In this document: in pieces, positions 43,831-55,056 of the stretch
How positions within the stretch are numbered: the first letter of the stretch is position 1
Layout of the letters: each line of letters starts with the position of its first letter
From: Candidatus Bathyarchaeota archaeon
Lineage (GTDB): Archaea > Thermoproteota > Bathyarchaeia > Bathyarchaeales > DTEX01
Assembly (NCBI GenBank): GCA_963714275.1
Contig: CAVQNT010000002.1
Span: 640,001-704,000, forward strand
DNA: 64,000 bases
Reading direction: 5' to 3'
Made by a program: the position numbers and the translations under genes
Notes under the pieces: generated by a model
Told to the model about the DNA's origin: nothing
What the model saw: only the letters and a program-made list of their open reading frames with translations
Database searches by the model: none

Positions 43831-44925
43831 TCATGGATTATTACATCTGTAAATTCTCAGGTTGGCGGTGTTTGATTCACTATGTTTTCTGTAAAGTCTT
43901 TTCTCACCTGTTTCAGCATTACACAACACGACAGCGTTCCCAGCGTCTACTCCAATCCACCACAGCCCAACAAAGTCCTCCAGATACTGAAAAGGAATGT
44001 TCCCGATTCTTCCAAGCATCACCTCTTTTGGCTCAATAGACTCTTTTTCTGCCACATTAAGGAAGTCGTCTTTTCTCATATCCATTGAATCATTCATTGA
44101 CTTAAGGTCTAATTTGTCTATTGTGAATTGATGCCACAAATCGATGAAAAGCGTGGGTTTAACCAGCTCCTTCACAGCGATCTCGTAGACTTCGGGATCG
44201 TGTTCTTTCAATGCAACCAGGTATTCTCTGCCTAAACTGACTGATGGTTGACACAGGACGCTGCAAGGCACATGGGCAACAACTTTTAATTCAATGGGAA
44301 CAGATTTTTCCAAGCCTTTATCGACTATTGACTCGTAGAACAAATAGTCCTCTTGCGACTTCCGCTTTTCCCTTTCACTAGTGAACCTTTCGGTGCAACA
44401 TTCAGGGTATCCGAAGGCTGTCCCGAGGATTCTGTCAAACAACTCCATGGATTGTTGCGTCTGGGAATGCTGAGTTTTTGCTATGGCATATTGAGTGAGG
44501 AAATTCGTCAGTCCCTCGAAATCTTTTGTTATGATGATTTCAGAGGACGGGTTTAATGTGCCGCCTGCAAGATTTAGAGGAATTAACTTGCCTTCCGTCA
44601 GCGAACCCCAAAACTTTTCATACTCATTCAAGTTTGCAGACAAGCACTGAAAACGGTAATTCCTGGTCTCAACGTACCATGGAAGAGCCTTCACTTTTAC
44701 TTCTACGCTTTTTTGAAGGGAAGTTGGGTAACAAATCCTTATGGGATTGGGGGAATGCTCAAACCAAACGAGGTTAAGATCTGTCAAAAGTTCAATGAAG
44801 TTCGCGTAGTCTTCGCCGTGAAGTTCGAACTCCACTCTGACAGCAGGCTTCTTTCCTCGTATGATGGCTGCAAGTTGGGCGACGAAGGCTGGCTGTTTTC
44901 GGGCAAAATCTTCAATTAGCCTCAT
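43831..44925 (-). CDS. DUF483-like hypothetical protein
   Basis: GKKPA, LGTAFGYPECC and HVPCS..C..S motifs. Confidence 0.6.
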   Translation of the reverse strand: MRLIEDFARKQPAFVAQLAAIIRGKKPAVRVEFELHGEDYANFIELLTDLNLVWFEHSPNPIRICYPTSLQKSVEVKVKALPWYVETRNYRFQCLSANLNEYEKFWGSLTEGKLIPLNLAGGTLNPSSEIIITKDFEGLTNFLTQYAIAKTQHSQTQQSMELFDRILGTAFGYPECCTERFTSEREKRKSQEDYLFYESIVDKGLEKSVPIELKVVAHVPCSVLCQPSVSLGREYLVALKEHDPEVYEIAVKELVKPTLFIDLWHQFTIDKLDLKSMNDSMDMRKDDFLNVAEKESIEPKEVMLGRIGNIPFQYLEDFVGLWWIGVDAGNAVVLCNAETGEKRLYRKHSESNTANLRIYRCNNP

Positions 44926-45016
44926 AACACGGAAACATAGTCGAATAAACGAGATAAAGGTTCTTTCACGAATCCATAATCGTGATGAAAGAACCCCGAA
45001 AAGACATCTTTGGTGA

Positions 45017-45817
45017 TTATTTTATGTATTTTTTCAGAGCTGCCTTAACGTCTAAGCCTTCGTGGACGATGCCGCAGATCACGCGGACCATGCTTGCGGG
45101 GTCTTTGTGTTGAAAGACGTTTCTTCCGGTTGCCGCGCCAGCTCCTCCAGCTTTCACTGAATCGTAGACCATCTGGCAAAACTCCGCTTCTGTCTCGGTT
45201 TTCGGTCCGCCCGCCATAATAACAGGAACTGGGCAGCCCTTAACAACCTCTTTGAACGTTTCCAGACTGCCAGTGTAGTTGGTTTTCACGATGTCGGCTC
45301 CGAGCTCAGCGCCTATACGCGCGGCGTGCTTGACAACCTCAACGTCGTACTGGTTCTTAATCTTCTCTCCCCTTGGGTAGACCATGGCTAAAAGCGGCAT
45401 GCCCCAGTCTTCGCATATTTTGGTAACTTCGCCGAGAACCCGTAGCTGTGCAGGTTCAGTTTTCGAGCCGACGTTAATGTGTATCGATACAGCGTCAGCG
45501 CCTAACTTAATCGCCTCAAGAACGTCAGCAACCAACACTTTGTCGTTTGGGTCAGACCCTAGCGAGGTGCTTCCTGAAAGGTGCATTATGAGGCCAATGT
45601 CTTTGCCGTAGCCTCTGTATCCCGCTCTTATGATGCCTTTATGCAGAAGCACGGCGTTCGCTCCGCCTTCCGCTACCTTGTTCACGGCGGTTCTCATGTC
45701 CTCTAAGCCGCGGATTGGACCGTCGGTTAATCCGTGATCCATGGGAATGATGACGGTCCTTCCGGTGTCTCTTTTCATGATTCTGTCCAGTCTGATTCTT
45801 TTTCCGATTTCTGTCAC
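45017..45817 (-). CDS. aroA': 2-amino-3,7-dideoxy-D-threo-hept-6-ulosonate (ADH) synthase, DhnA-type aldolase
   Basis: [36 protein letters not shown]; divergent from the aro operon. Confidence 0.85.
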   Translation of the reverse strand: MTEIGKRIRLDRIMKRDTGRTVIIPMDHGLTDGPIRGLEDMRTAVNKVAEGGANAVLLHKGIIRAGYRGYGKDIGLIMHLSGSTSLGSDPNDKVLVADVLEAIKLGADAVSIHINVGSKTEPAQLRVLGEVTKICEDWGMPLLAMVYPRGEKIKNQYDVEVVKHAARIGAELGADIVKTNYTGSLETFKEVVKGCPVPVIMAGGPKTETEAEFCQMVYDSVKAGGAGAATGRNVFQHKDPASMVRVICGIVHEGLDVKAALKKYIK

Positions 45818-46184
45818 TTTTAATACACCTTAGTTGGATGGTTTGGTCTGAACTGCCCGTAAAATAAACGAGGTTAAGGCATAAAAGATTTTGCTTTAAT
45901 AAAAGTATATGCCATCTTGTTGTCAGTTTTTATAGATTCTTCTGGTCTGTTTTGTTCAACATCAGGTTTTGCTGTTTGAATAACATTTGCTGTTTTCGAG
46001 AGGCTATCTGATTTGTGTAACAATCAAGTTTTCCGTTTGCATAACAATATTAAAACTTGTGAAAAATGACCTGTTTTAAAGCATGTTTGTTTCGCGGTTT
46101 TGGAACAATTTGACCAAATTTGTAGTTAGTTTCTAGGCTGAACATTTTTTATAAAACGGTCATGAAAGAGTGTTCTCTGTTTTC

Positions 46185-46228
46185 ACAAGGCTTAAATACG
46201 ACTTAAAGGTAGAAACGTGGCGCGGAGA
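46185..46228 (+). promoter_or_regulatory. Archaeal promoter and SD for the aromatic-operon leader
   Basis: CACAAGGC-TTAAATA (TATA 46192..46198); GGAG at 46224..46227, 9 nt before ATG 46237. Confidence 0.6.
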
Positions 46229-46236
46229 ACCCGAAA

Positions 46237-46323
46237 ATGCACAGAAAATGTTCATTAAGGCTTCTCGGCACGATCCGTGCGTTTCGTTTCTTTAGCTGGT
46301 ATACTAAATATACCACATATTAG
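46237..46323 (+). CDS. Leader peptide MHRKCSLRLLGTIRAFRFFSWYTKYTTY (28 aa)
   Basis: ATG..TAG with SD; last 13 codons contain 3 Phe, 1 Trp, 3 Tyr, 3 Thr, 1 Lys; directly upstream of the aspartokinase-aro operon. Confidence 0.75.
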   Translation: MHRKCSLRLLGTIRAFRFFSWYTKYTTY

Positions 46324-46326
46324 GCT

Positions 46327-46375
46327 GGAAGAGCCAACACATTCGCATTCCATCCGTCTCTGGTTCTTCCTTTTT
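46327..46375 (+). terminator. Attenuator-like hairpin plus U-tract
   Basis: GGAAGAGCCA (46327..46336) pairs with TGGTTCTTCC (46361..46370) over 10 bp with one G-U, immediately followed by TTTTT. Confidence 0.65.
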
Positions 46376-46388
46376 GGGGTTGTTGAAA

Positions 46389-47664
46389 ATGAGTGTAAAC
46401 AAAAATAGAAAGATGCTCGGTCGAATCGTCGTCAAGTTCGGCGGCACAAGCCTAGCTGACGGACTCGGCATTTTCCACGCCGCGGAATCCGTTATCAAAA
46501 AAGCGAAGCAGGGCGTTCAAGTAGTGGTTATTGTCTCAGCTATGGGAAAATCCACAGATGCTTTGATTGAAACGACTCGCCAAGCCTGCGAAGGCTCGGG
46601 TTCAAACGTGGACTTAGACGACGTCGTCGCAATGGGCGAACGCATTAGCGCTAGAATCTTTTCAGCCACGCTGAAGGCACAAGGAATATACAGTCATTAT
46701 CTGGACCCTTCACATCAAGACTGGCCAATCATTACGGACGACAATTTCGGGAACGCCAGCCCCATTTTGCCTGTTTGCGAGAAACTAATCAAACATCATG
46801 TTCAGCCATTGCTTGAGAAAGGTGTGACGGTTGTCGTTCCTGGCTTCATCGGCAGAACTGAAGACGGCAGAACAACGACGATGGGAAGGGGAGGAAGCGA
46901 CATAACGGCTTTTGTCTTGGCTCAAGCCTTGTCTGCAGACCTGATTTTGTTAGTCACTGACGTTCAGGGCATATTGACGGCTGACCCGAAAATCATCAAG
47001 AACCCTCGGAAGCTCAACGAAATATCAATCGACAACCTTATAGGGTTAGCTGACTCCGGAACCAAATTCATCCATAAAAAAGCCTTAAAGTACAAGACAC
47101 CCAAAATAGACGTAAAAGTCGTCAGCAACGCCTCCAGCGACTTGGATTTGGATGGAACCTTGATACGTGGAGGGTTCCCCCAAAACCTGCTTGTCGAATC
47201 GCACCCAGACTCAGCCGCAGCAATCACAATAGTGGGAAGGGGTCTTTCGGAATCACCTCAGACTCTTTTTAGGGTTTTCAGTGAGATTTCGAAGGCTGAC
47301 GCTCAGCTTTTGGGGATGTCTGTTAACCATAATTCCATAATTTTGTATCTGCCTTCGAAGGCTGCTGAAGGCATCCTAGAATCCATCCATTCGATCGTGG
47401 TCAGCGACGAAAAGGCTCAAGCTGATGGCGGTGAAAAAGGACCTTACTTTTGTTAGGGTTAAAGGTGTCGGGTTAGAGGACACTCCTGGAGTTGTAAGCA
47501 ACATAACTAAAGCCTTAAACTCTGAGGGTGTCAACATCTATGGGATTTTCACTATCACGTCAAGCGTTGTGATCTTCGTGGACTTTAAGGACGAGGAAAA
47601 AACGGTTCGTCTAATGAAAAAAACCTTGACAATGAATCACAATGGGCAATTTAAAGCCCTTTAA
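46389..47664 (+). CDS. lysC: Aspartokinase with ACT domains (frameshift near 47420)
   Basis: VVKFGGTS, VSAMG, MGERIS, TTMGRGGSD, TDVQG..ADPK, C-terminal DTPGV ACT. Confidence 0.92.
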
Positions 47665-47678
47665 AGGAGACGAAGAAG

Positions 47679-48774
47679 ATGCGGGAACTATGGGTTAAAA
47701 TCAATCCTAACTTATCCTTGAAGGGAAAGAAGATGGTTGTCGAAAAGACGGCTACGTTAGTTTCAGTCTTCATTGTTGAACCTCAGGACCTCGAATTAGT
47801 GAAAGAGTCGGGAGCGAAGACAACAGCAAGTTCGACTGAAAAAGGAGACATAATGATAGTAGAAGGTCCCAAAGAAATCGCCAAAGCTAGACAGACTGGA
47901 AAGAAAACGTGCATTCTTGTGACGGTGAAATCAAAAGCGGACGAAGCCAAAATCGAGGCTGCAGACTGAGGCTTCAACAGACTATGTAGCGGTTGAGTGC
48001 CCAGACTGGAAAGTCATTCCTTTAGAGAATCTCATCGCGAAGGTGCACGGGAAAACTAAGCTGCTGGCTGTTGCATTAAGCGTGCAAGAGGCAAAGACGG
48101 CGCTTGAGACTCTTGAGATAGGGGTTGACGGAATCGTGGCATACCAGACGAACGTAAATGAAATAATAAAAATCAGCGAGGTCATAAAGGAAACCAAGAC
48201 AAGAACGGATGAGGAGGAGTCAATCAAAACAATATCGCTTCTCCCTGCCAGAGTGACCGAAATTAAACCTCTTAGCTCAGGAGCTCGGGTATGCATAGAC
48301 ACATGCGATCTCATGAGGGAAGGCGAAGGCTTGCTCGTCGGATGCCAGTCTAACGGTCTTTTCCTCGTCGAAGCTGAGGTTCATGAAACACCGTTCGTTG
48401 CTCCTCGCCCGTTCAGAGTTAATGCTGGGTCAATCTCGCTTTATGTTCTTGCGCCGGACGGTAAAACCCGGTACCTTTCGGAGCTTAAAGCTGGAGACGA
48501 GGTGCTGATAATTGACCGAAACGGAAGACCGAGAACGACGAACATAGGTCGCGTAAAAATAGAGTGGCGACCGTTGCTGATGATTGAGGCTGAATGCCAA
48601 GGGAAAACTGTCAAAACAATATTGCAAAACGCTGAAACCATAAGAGTCGTCACGGAAAAAGGAAGCAAATCCGTTAAAGACATGAAAGCTGGCGACACAA
48701 TTATGGTGCGGTTTGAGGAGGGCGGCAGACACTTCGGAACCCTTGTTAAAGAAGAGAAAGTGATTGAAAGGTGA
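47679..48774 (+). CDS. aroB': 3-dehydroquinate synthase II (frameshift near 47965)
   Basis: DWKVIPLENLIA, RVCIDT, RPFRVNAG, YLSEL, LQNAETI, RHFG. Confidence 0.93.
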
Positions 48775-49470
48775 AGCCTAGAATCTGTGTTCCGCTGCCG
48801 GTCGAAAGGCTCTCTGACCTTACATCAATGATTAAAAGAGCTGAGAACGCGGGGGCGGACTTAATCGAGATACGTTTAGACTACTTAAAAGACACCCAAA
48901 GTCAGCTGAGATGCCGTGAAAGAGGTAATCAGCCAAGTTTCAGTGCCCCTAATTGCTACAAACAGGGAGCACAGCCAAGGAGGAAAACGGGTCCAAAAAG
49001 AAGAACTGAGAGTTCAAACTTTGGTTAAAGCAGCTGAAATCGGTTTTCAGTACGTCGACATCGAATTGACCACGGCAAGTTTAGAAACAATTGTCAAAAA
49101 AATTCTGGACTGCAGTTCAAAACCCATCATCTCATTCCACGATTTTAAAGGCACGCCTTCAGACTCGGAAATGGAAAACATCGTAAATTCACAGATTAAG
49201 GCAGGAGCGTCCATCTGCAAGTTAGTCACAACAGCAAAAATCCTCGACGACAGCGTCAGATGCCTACTTTTCACTCAAAAAATGAGCAATGTCACGGACA
49301 TCGTTTGCTTCGCCATGGGCAGCCAAGGCGTCCTTTCAAGGATTCTTTCGCCTTTGTTCGGGGGATTTTTTACCTTCTCTGCGCTTGAGGTTGGCTTAGA
49401 GACTTCTTCGGGCCAAATCTCATTAACCGAGCTAAAAGAACTCTACAGGAAATTAGGTGTCAACGCATGA
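48771..49470 (+). CDS. aroD: Type I 3-dehydroquinate dehydratase (frameshift near 48910)
   Basis: GADLIEIRLD, ATNR..GG, YVDIE, ISFHDF..TP, FAMG..SR. Confidence 0.92.
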
Positions 49471-50348
49471 AGATCTCAGGGAAAACTAAGGTCTGCGGGT
49501 TGATAGGAGACCCAGTAGAGCACTCTTTAAGCCCTTGTTTTCAAAACGCTGCTTTTCAGAATCGAGGCTTAGACTTTGTTTACGTCGTTTTTAAAGTAGA
49601 AAAGGGAGGACTTGAAGCAGTCATCGCAGGAATGCGGAGCTTAGGGATATTCGGGTTAAATGTTACGATGCCTTACAAGATCGATGTTATCCAGTATCTC
49701 GACGAGTTAGACGAGACAGCGAAAAGCATCGGATCAGTCAACACCATTCTAAACAAGAAAGGAAAGCTAATTGGGTTCACGACGGATGGCAAAGGCGCCC
49801 TCGAAGCCCTAAAATACAATGGCGTAGAGCTGCCAGGAAAAAAAGTAGTGGTCTTAGGAGCTGGAGGTGCTTCCAGATCAGTTTCTTTGACTCTGGCTAA
49901 AGAGGTTAAGGAACTAGTGATCCTAAATAGGACTTTAGGGAAAGCCGAGGAACTCGTCAAAGAACTCAAGACGACTCAGGCTGTCAATGCATCCGTTAAA
50001 GCTGAAGAACTCAATCATCATAATGCTCAACAGGAGCTGCGGAACGCTGACATCCTCGTCAACGCAACATCCATGGGCATGCGTCCGCATGACAGGTTGA
50101 TGCCGGTGGATTCGTCGTTTCTACGGTCTGATTTGGTGGTTTTCGACCTCGTTTACGAACCTCTTGAGACAAGGCTGCTTGTGGAAGCAAAGAAAAAGGG
50201 AGCGACAACAATAGACGGACTGACCATGCTTGTGTTTCAAGGAGCCGTTTCCTTCGAAACTTGGACAGGCGTAAAGGCGCCAGTGGAAGTGATGATGGAG
50301 GCTGCTGCAGAGGAAATAGCTCAAAGGTCAACAAGTAAAAGGGGATAA
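49467..50348 (+). CDS. aroE: Shikimate dehydrogenase
   Basis: GDPVEHSLSP, NVTMPYK, SVNT, GAGGA, NATSMG, DLVYEP. Confidence 0.95.
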   Translation: MKISGKTKVCGLIGDPVEHSLSPCFQNAAFQNRGLDFVYVVFKVEKGGLEAVIAGMRSLGIFGLNVTMPYKIDVIQYLDELDETAKSIGSVNTILNKKGKLIGFTTDGKGALEALKYNGVELPGKKVVVLGAGGASRSVSLTLAKEVKELVILNRTLGKAEELVKELKTTQAVNASVKAEELNHHNAQQELRNADILVNATSMGMRPHDRLMPVDSSFLRSDLVVFDLVYEPLETRLLVEAKKKGATTIDGLTMLVFQGAVSFETWTGVKAPVEVMMEAAAEEIAQRSTSKRG

Positions 50349-50352
50349 TAAT

Positions 50353-51224
50353 GTGGCTGACGTTGGAAAAGCGGTTGCGTATGGTGCTGTGACCGTCATA
50401 AACGCCATCTCATGCGGATTTGGTGCTGCCCTCAGCATCGACCTAAAAACTGAAGCCACCGTGAAACTGACTGACGAACCGGGTCGGATTAAGGGGCGAA
50501 TATTGTCAGACCTAGAGGAAAGCCCAGCTCTCATTGAGAAGACTGTTAGTCAAGTTTTTAGATGGTTCGATCTTGAACATGAACATGGCGCTTACGTGGA
50601 AACGCAATCGAACATTCCCATAGCACGCGGTCTAAAAAGCAGCAGCGTGGCAGCTAACGCAATAACGCTTGCATCACTAGCAGCATTGGGAAAAAAAGTT
50701 AGTGACCTAACTGCAGTCAACATCGGAGTGGACGCAGCCTTGGATGCTGGAGTTACAATTACAGGCGCATTTGACGATGCTTGCGCATCCTTTTTCGGAG
50801 GCATCGTAATCACCGACAATTTTAGAAGAAAAATTATGAAAAAGATTCAGCCTCCAGAAAAGCATCCAATTCTGATACATGCGCCCACAGCCAAAGCTTA
50901 CACGGCTGATTCGAACGTGCGGAAAATGAAAATCATATCTGAGGAGGCGAAGGCTCTTCACAGAATGGCTTTTCGCGGAGACTGGATGGCAGCCATGACG
51001 CTGAATGGATTATTATATTCAGTGGTTCTGGAATACGACCCAAACACAGCTATCGACGCACTGGAAGCAGGAGCTCAGCTGCAGGATTATCGGGAAAGGG
51101 ACCAGCAGTCGCTGCCGTTGTTCCACGAGAAAACGTCAACAGCGTAAGGGAAGCATGGAAAAAGTTTGGCGGCAACGTAATTGAGGCTAAGATTAACACT
51201 GAGAAAGCCCACAGATTATGGTGA
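50353..51224 (+). CDS. aroK: Archaeal GHMP-type shikimate kinase (frameshift near 51075)
   Basis: GAVTVINA, PIARGLKSSS, TITGAFDD, TDN, shifted GLSGKGP. Confidence 0.92.
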
Positions 51225-52525
51225 CCAATGTGACTGATCTCATCGTTAAACAAGTAGAAAGCCTAGACGGAACCGTTAAAGCGCCTCCTTCAAAGTCTTT
51301 CACGCACCGAGTCATAATCGCTACTTCGCTTTCGGAAGGTCGCTCGATAATCAAAAACGCGCTTTTCTGCGACGACACGTCGGCGACCCTTGAAGCATGC
51401 CGTATGCTGGGAGCCAGAATAGACCAGAATGAATATGGTGCCCTAAAAATTGATGGGCGTTCTAAGCCTTTAACGCCTGAAGATGTGATTGACTGCCGAG
51501 ACTCAGCTTCGACGATGCGGTTTCTCGCCCCAGTCTGCGCGTTAGCGGACGGCATATCGGTGTTAACGGGCGGAGAAAGCCTTCGCCTGAGACCCATGGA
51601 ACCTGTTTTGTCAACGTTGATGCAGCTAGGCGTTCTTTGTTATTCTGCGAGGGGAGACAATCATCCGCCATTGATTGTTTTCGGAGGAGGAATCACAGGT
51701 GGCGAAGTCGTTCTCAAAGGAGACGTAAGCTCACAGTTTACGTCAGGATTGCTTTTTGCATCGCCTTTGGGAGAGAAAGACACAGATATTATATTGTCGA
51801 CTCCTCTCGAGTCCAGACCTTACGTGGAAATGACGCTGGATGTTCTGAGAAAGCATGGGTTAAATTTTGAGGTCCAACGCGATTACGGGCAGTTCCACGT
51901 GCCTTGCCAGCAAACTTACAGTCCATCCGACCACGTTATAGAAGGCGACTATTCGTCAGCAGCGTTTCTTCTGGCAGCAGCAGCCATAACAAAATCGAAC
52001 GTAAAGTTAACGAACCTTCGAAGCGATTCAGTTCAAGGTGACCGTGCAATCGTCAAACTGCTCAGGGAAATGGGCGTTCAAGTCAAGGTGGGTAAAGGCT
52101 CCGTAGAAGTCCAAAACGTGAAAAACGAGTTAAGACCCATAGATGTGGACCTTAAAGACAACCCAGACTTAATCCCAGTGATGACTGTTGCTTCTTGTTT
52201 TGCAGACGGAAAATCCCTTATTCGCGGTACGAAGAGACTGCGACTTAAGGAGTCTGACCGTGAAACTGCTTTGCTCAGCGAGTTGATGAAGGTGGGCGCA
52301 AAAATCAAGTCCACCAAAGGCATAATACAGGTCGAAGGCACAAAAAATCTCAAAGGGGCACAGTTGGATTCGCACGGGGATCACAGGATAGCGATGGCTT
52401 GCGTTGTCGCTAGTTTAAGGGCTGCCGGAACAACAACCGTTAAGGGCATCGAATGCATAAATAAGTCGTACCCCGATTTTGTTAGAGACATCGTTTCCTT
52501 GGGAGCGGATGTTGTTGAGCGGTAA
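51218..52525 (+). CDS. aroA: EPSP synthase
   Basis: PPSKSFTHR, SLRLRPM, SSQF, LRLKESDR, GDHRIAM, KSYP. Confidence 0.96.
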   Translation: MVTNVTDLIVKQVESLDGTVKAPPSKSFTHRVIIATSLSEGRSIIKNALFCDDTSATLEACRMLGARIDQNEYGALKIDGRSKPLTPEDVIDCRDSASTMRFLAPVCALADGISVLTGGESLRLRPMEPVLSTLMQLGVLCYSARGDNHPPLIVFGGGITGGEVVLKGDVSSQFTSGLLFASPLGEKDTDIILSTPLESRPYVEMTLDVLRKHGLNFEVQRDYGQFHVPCQQTYSPSDHVIEGDYSSAAFLLAAAAITKSNVKLTNLRSDSVQGDRAIVKLLREMGVQVKVGKGSVEVQNVKNELRPIDVDLKDNPDLIPVMTVASCFADGKSLIRGTKRLRLKESDRETALLSELMKVGAKIKSTKGIIQVEGTKNLKGAQLDSHGDHRIAMACVVASLRAAGTTTVKGIECINKSYPDFVRDIVSLGADVVER

Positions 52526-53616
52526 CTCAATAAGCAAAATTCTGGTCGTCACATGCTTCGGAGAAAGCCACGGACCATGCGTCGGAGCAGTTGTAGATGG
52601 ATGTCCAGCGGGTTTACCCATAACTTCCGATGACATACAAACTGAGTTAAACAAGAGAAAATCTGGATTAACAGCAGTCAGTACGCCGAGGAGGGAAGAA
52701 GACCAAGTCGAGATTCTTTCAGGAGTCTTCAATGGGCATACTACCGGCGCACCGATCTGTCTGATTATTGGGAACCGGGATGTTGAACCGGAAGCCTACG
52801 AGCATATGAGACACAAACCTAGACCTGGACACGCTGATTACATAGCCTACATGAAATACGGCGGATTCAACGATTACAGAGGCGGAGGACGATTCTCCGG
52901 ACGTGTCACAGCAGCATACGTCGCGGCGGGAGCAATCGCCAAGAAACTGTTGACACAAATAAGCGTTGAAGTATTAGCGCACACGGTTCAAATCGGTAAG
53001 ATAAAAATCACAAAAAATGTTTCATACGACCAAATTCGCGAGAACGTTTATGATAATGCTGTCCGCTGTGCAGTGCTCGAATCCGCTGATCTCATGGAAA
53101 AAGAAATCCTGAAGGCTGCGGAAGAAGGGGATAGCCTTGGAGGTGTAGTTGAGGTTATTGCCTTAAACGTTCCAGCTGGACTGAGGTGAGCCAGTTTTTG
53201 ACTCGTTGGATTCGGACATTGCTAAGATGATGTTCAATATTCCAGCCGTTAAAGGCGTGGAGTTTGGCGCTGGTTTTCAGGTGGCTTCTCTAAAAGGTTC
53301 AGAAAACAACGATGCATATGTCATACGGAAAGGAAAGGTTACCTCTCCAACCAACAATGCAGGTGGGGTTCTGGGCGGACTCTCAACAGGCATGCCGATT
53401 GTCTTAAGGGTCGCGTTTAAGCCAACGTCCTCAATAGCGAAAAGGCAAAAAACTGTTGATCTGACAAAAATGAAGGAAACCGAGATTGAAGTTGCGGGTA
53501 GACATGATTTGTGCATCGTGCCGCGTGCTGTGCCAGTCGTGGAATCTTGCCTTGCTTTGGTTCTGGCGGATCATGCGCTCAGAGCTGGGAAGATACCTAA
53601 AGTAATTAAGGCTTAA
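52509..53616 (+). CDS. aroC: Chorismate synthase (frameshift near 53185)
   Basis: FGESHG, RPGHAD, RGGGRFSGR, GGLSTG, FKPTSSI, GRHD. Confidence 0.95.
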
Positions 53617-53695
53617 TTTTGGATTCTGTCTTCTTTTCACGTTTCAGAACAGTAGGCTTTAATGTCTATTATGATTCTATCGTTTATAGACCGTT

Positions 53696-54957
53696 ATGTC
53701 TCGTCTTTTAGGCGTGATCGCGGACGATTTCACAGGCGCATGCGACGCTGGCATCCAATTCAGAAAGTGTGGTCTTGAAACTGTTGTTTTGGCTGACGTT
53801 GAAAAAATACGCGAGTTTAAAGATGCTGCGGACATCATTGTTGTTGACACCGAAACCAGAAACCTTGACCCAAAGGCAGCTTACGATAAAGTGAATCAAA
53901 CGCTGAAAACTTTTCAAAAGATCGACGTTAAACTTGTCTATAAAAAAATCGATTCAACACTTAGGGGAAACTTCGGAGTTGAACTTGACGCTGTTCTGGA
54001 TGAACCGACAATCAGAGGCGTTTTAGTGGCTTCATCTTATCCGCAACAGGGCAGAACCGTCGTAAATGGGCAGGCTTACGTTAAAGGTGTCTCGCTTGAA
54101 AAAACGGAGTTTGCCTATGAATTATTGAGTCCAGTGAAAGATTCTCATGTTCAACCGCTGATAGAAAGGCAATCCAACCGAAAAATTGGGCTTTTAAACC
54201 TGTCCATGATTAGAGCTGGACCTGACGAATTGAGAGATCATCTAGAAAAGCTTTTGGAAAAAGGCAACAGAATAATCGTGGCTGACGCTGAAACCCAAGA
54301 AGACCTAGACAAGGTTGCGAAAGCTTCTATCGATCTGAACCTTTTGCCCTGTGGGTCAGCTGGGCTGGCTGAGAAAATCGCTTTGTCAATGACTTCTAAG
54401 AAGCGGTTGCTTGTAGTTTCAGGAAGCGTTAACAACGTGACGCTTGACCAGATTGAAACGGCAGAAAAAAGCTTGGGATTCCAATTGTTGAACCTGACCT
54501 CGACGAAATCTTGGTAAGCGACAAAAAACTGCGAGTTGCAGCAACCAATCTTGCTGATAAGGCTGTAACAGTCCTTCGGGAGACGGGAATCGTCACAGTT
54601 AGGCTTGCAAGCTCCAGAAATGTTATTCAAAAAACGTTAGATTTAGGCGAAAAGCTTGGTTTAAGCCGCATGCAAGTTGTTGAAAAACTTCTTTCTGTCT
54701 TAGGTTTGGCTGTAGGTGAAGTTTCTAACCATTGTAGGCTAAACAGTTTGGTCTTGATAGGAGGTGATTCTTCGGCGAAAGTAATAGATGCGATTGGGGC
54801 TGAAGGAATAAGGATTGAGGTTGAAATTTTTCCCAGCATATCGATGGGCAGAATCCATGGTGGTAAACATGAAGGGATGTTAGTTGTCACAAAGGCAGGC
54901 GGATTCGGTGACAAACAAACACTTGTAGATGTCATCAATTATTTAGAAAAAATTTAA
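53696..54957 (+). CDS. Four-carbon acid sugar kinase family (DUF1537) protein (frameshift near 54480)
   Basis: IADDFTGA, YKKIDSTLRGN, GSAGLA, GGD, TKAGGFG. Confidence 0.88.
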
Positions 54958-55056
54958 CATCGAATGAAAAGTAAATCGAAAGGAACATTCTAGATTAATT
55001 AAATGATTTTAAAAATGTGGTTTGAAAATTCCTTTCCACAAAGGATTTTTGCTTGT

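Noticed and set aside
44982-45010. GTGATGA...CCGA possible C/D box sRNA
   Set aside because: Guide too short and no second box pair.
45818-46180. Leader peptide for the divergent aroA' gene
   Set aside because: No aromatic-rich uORF or terminator-like stem found; AT-rich promoter-like sequence only.
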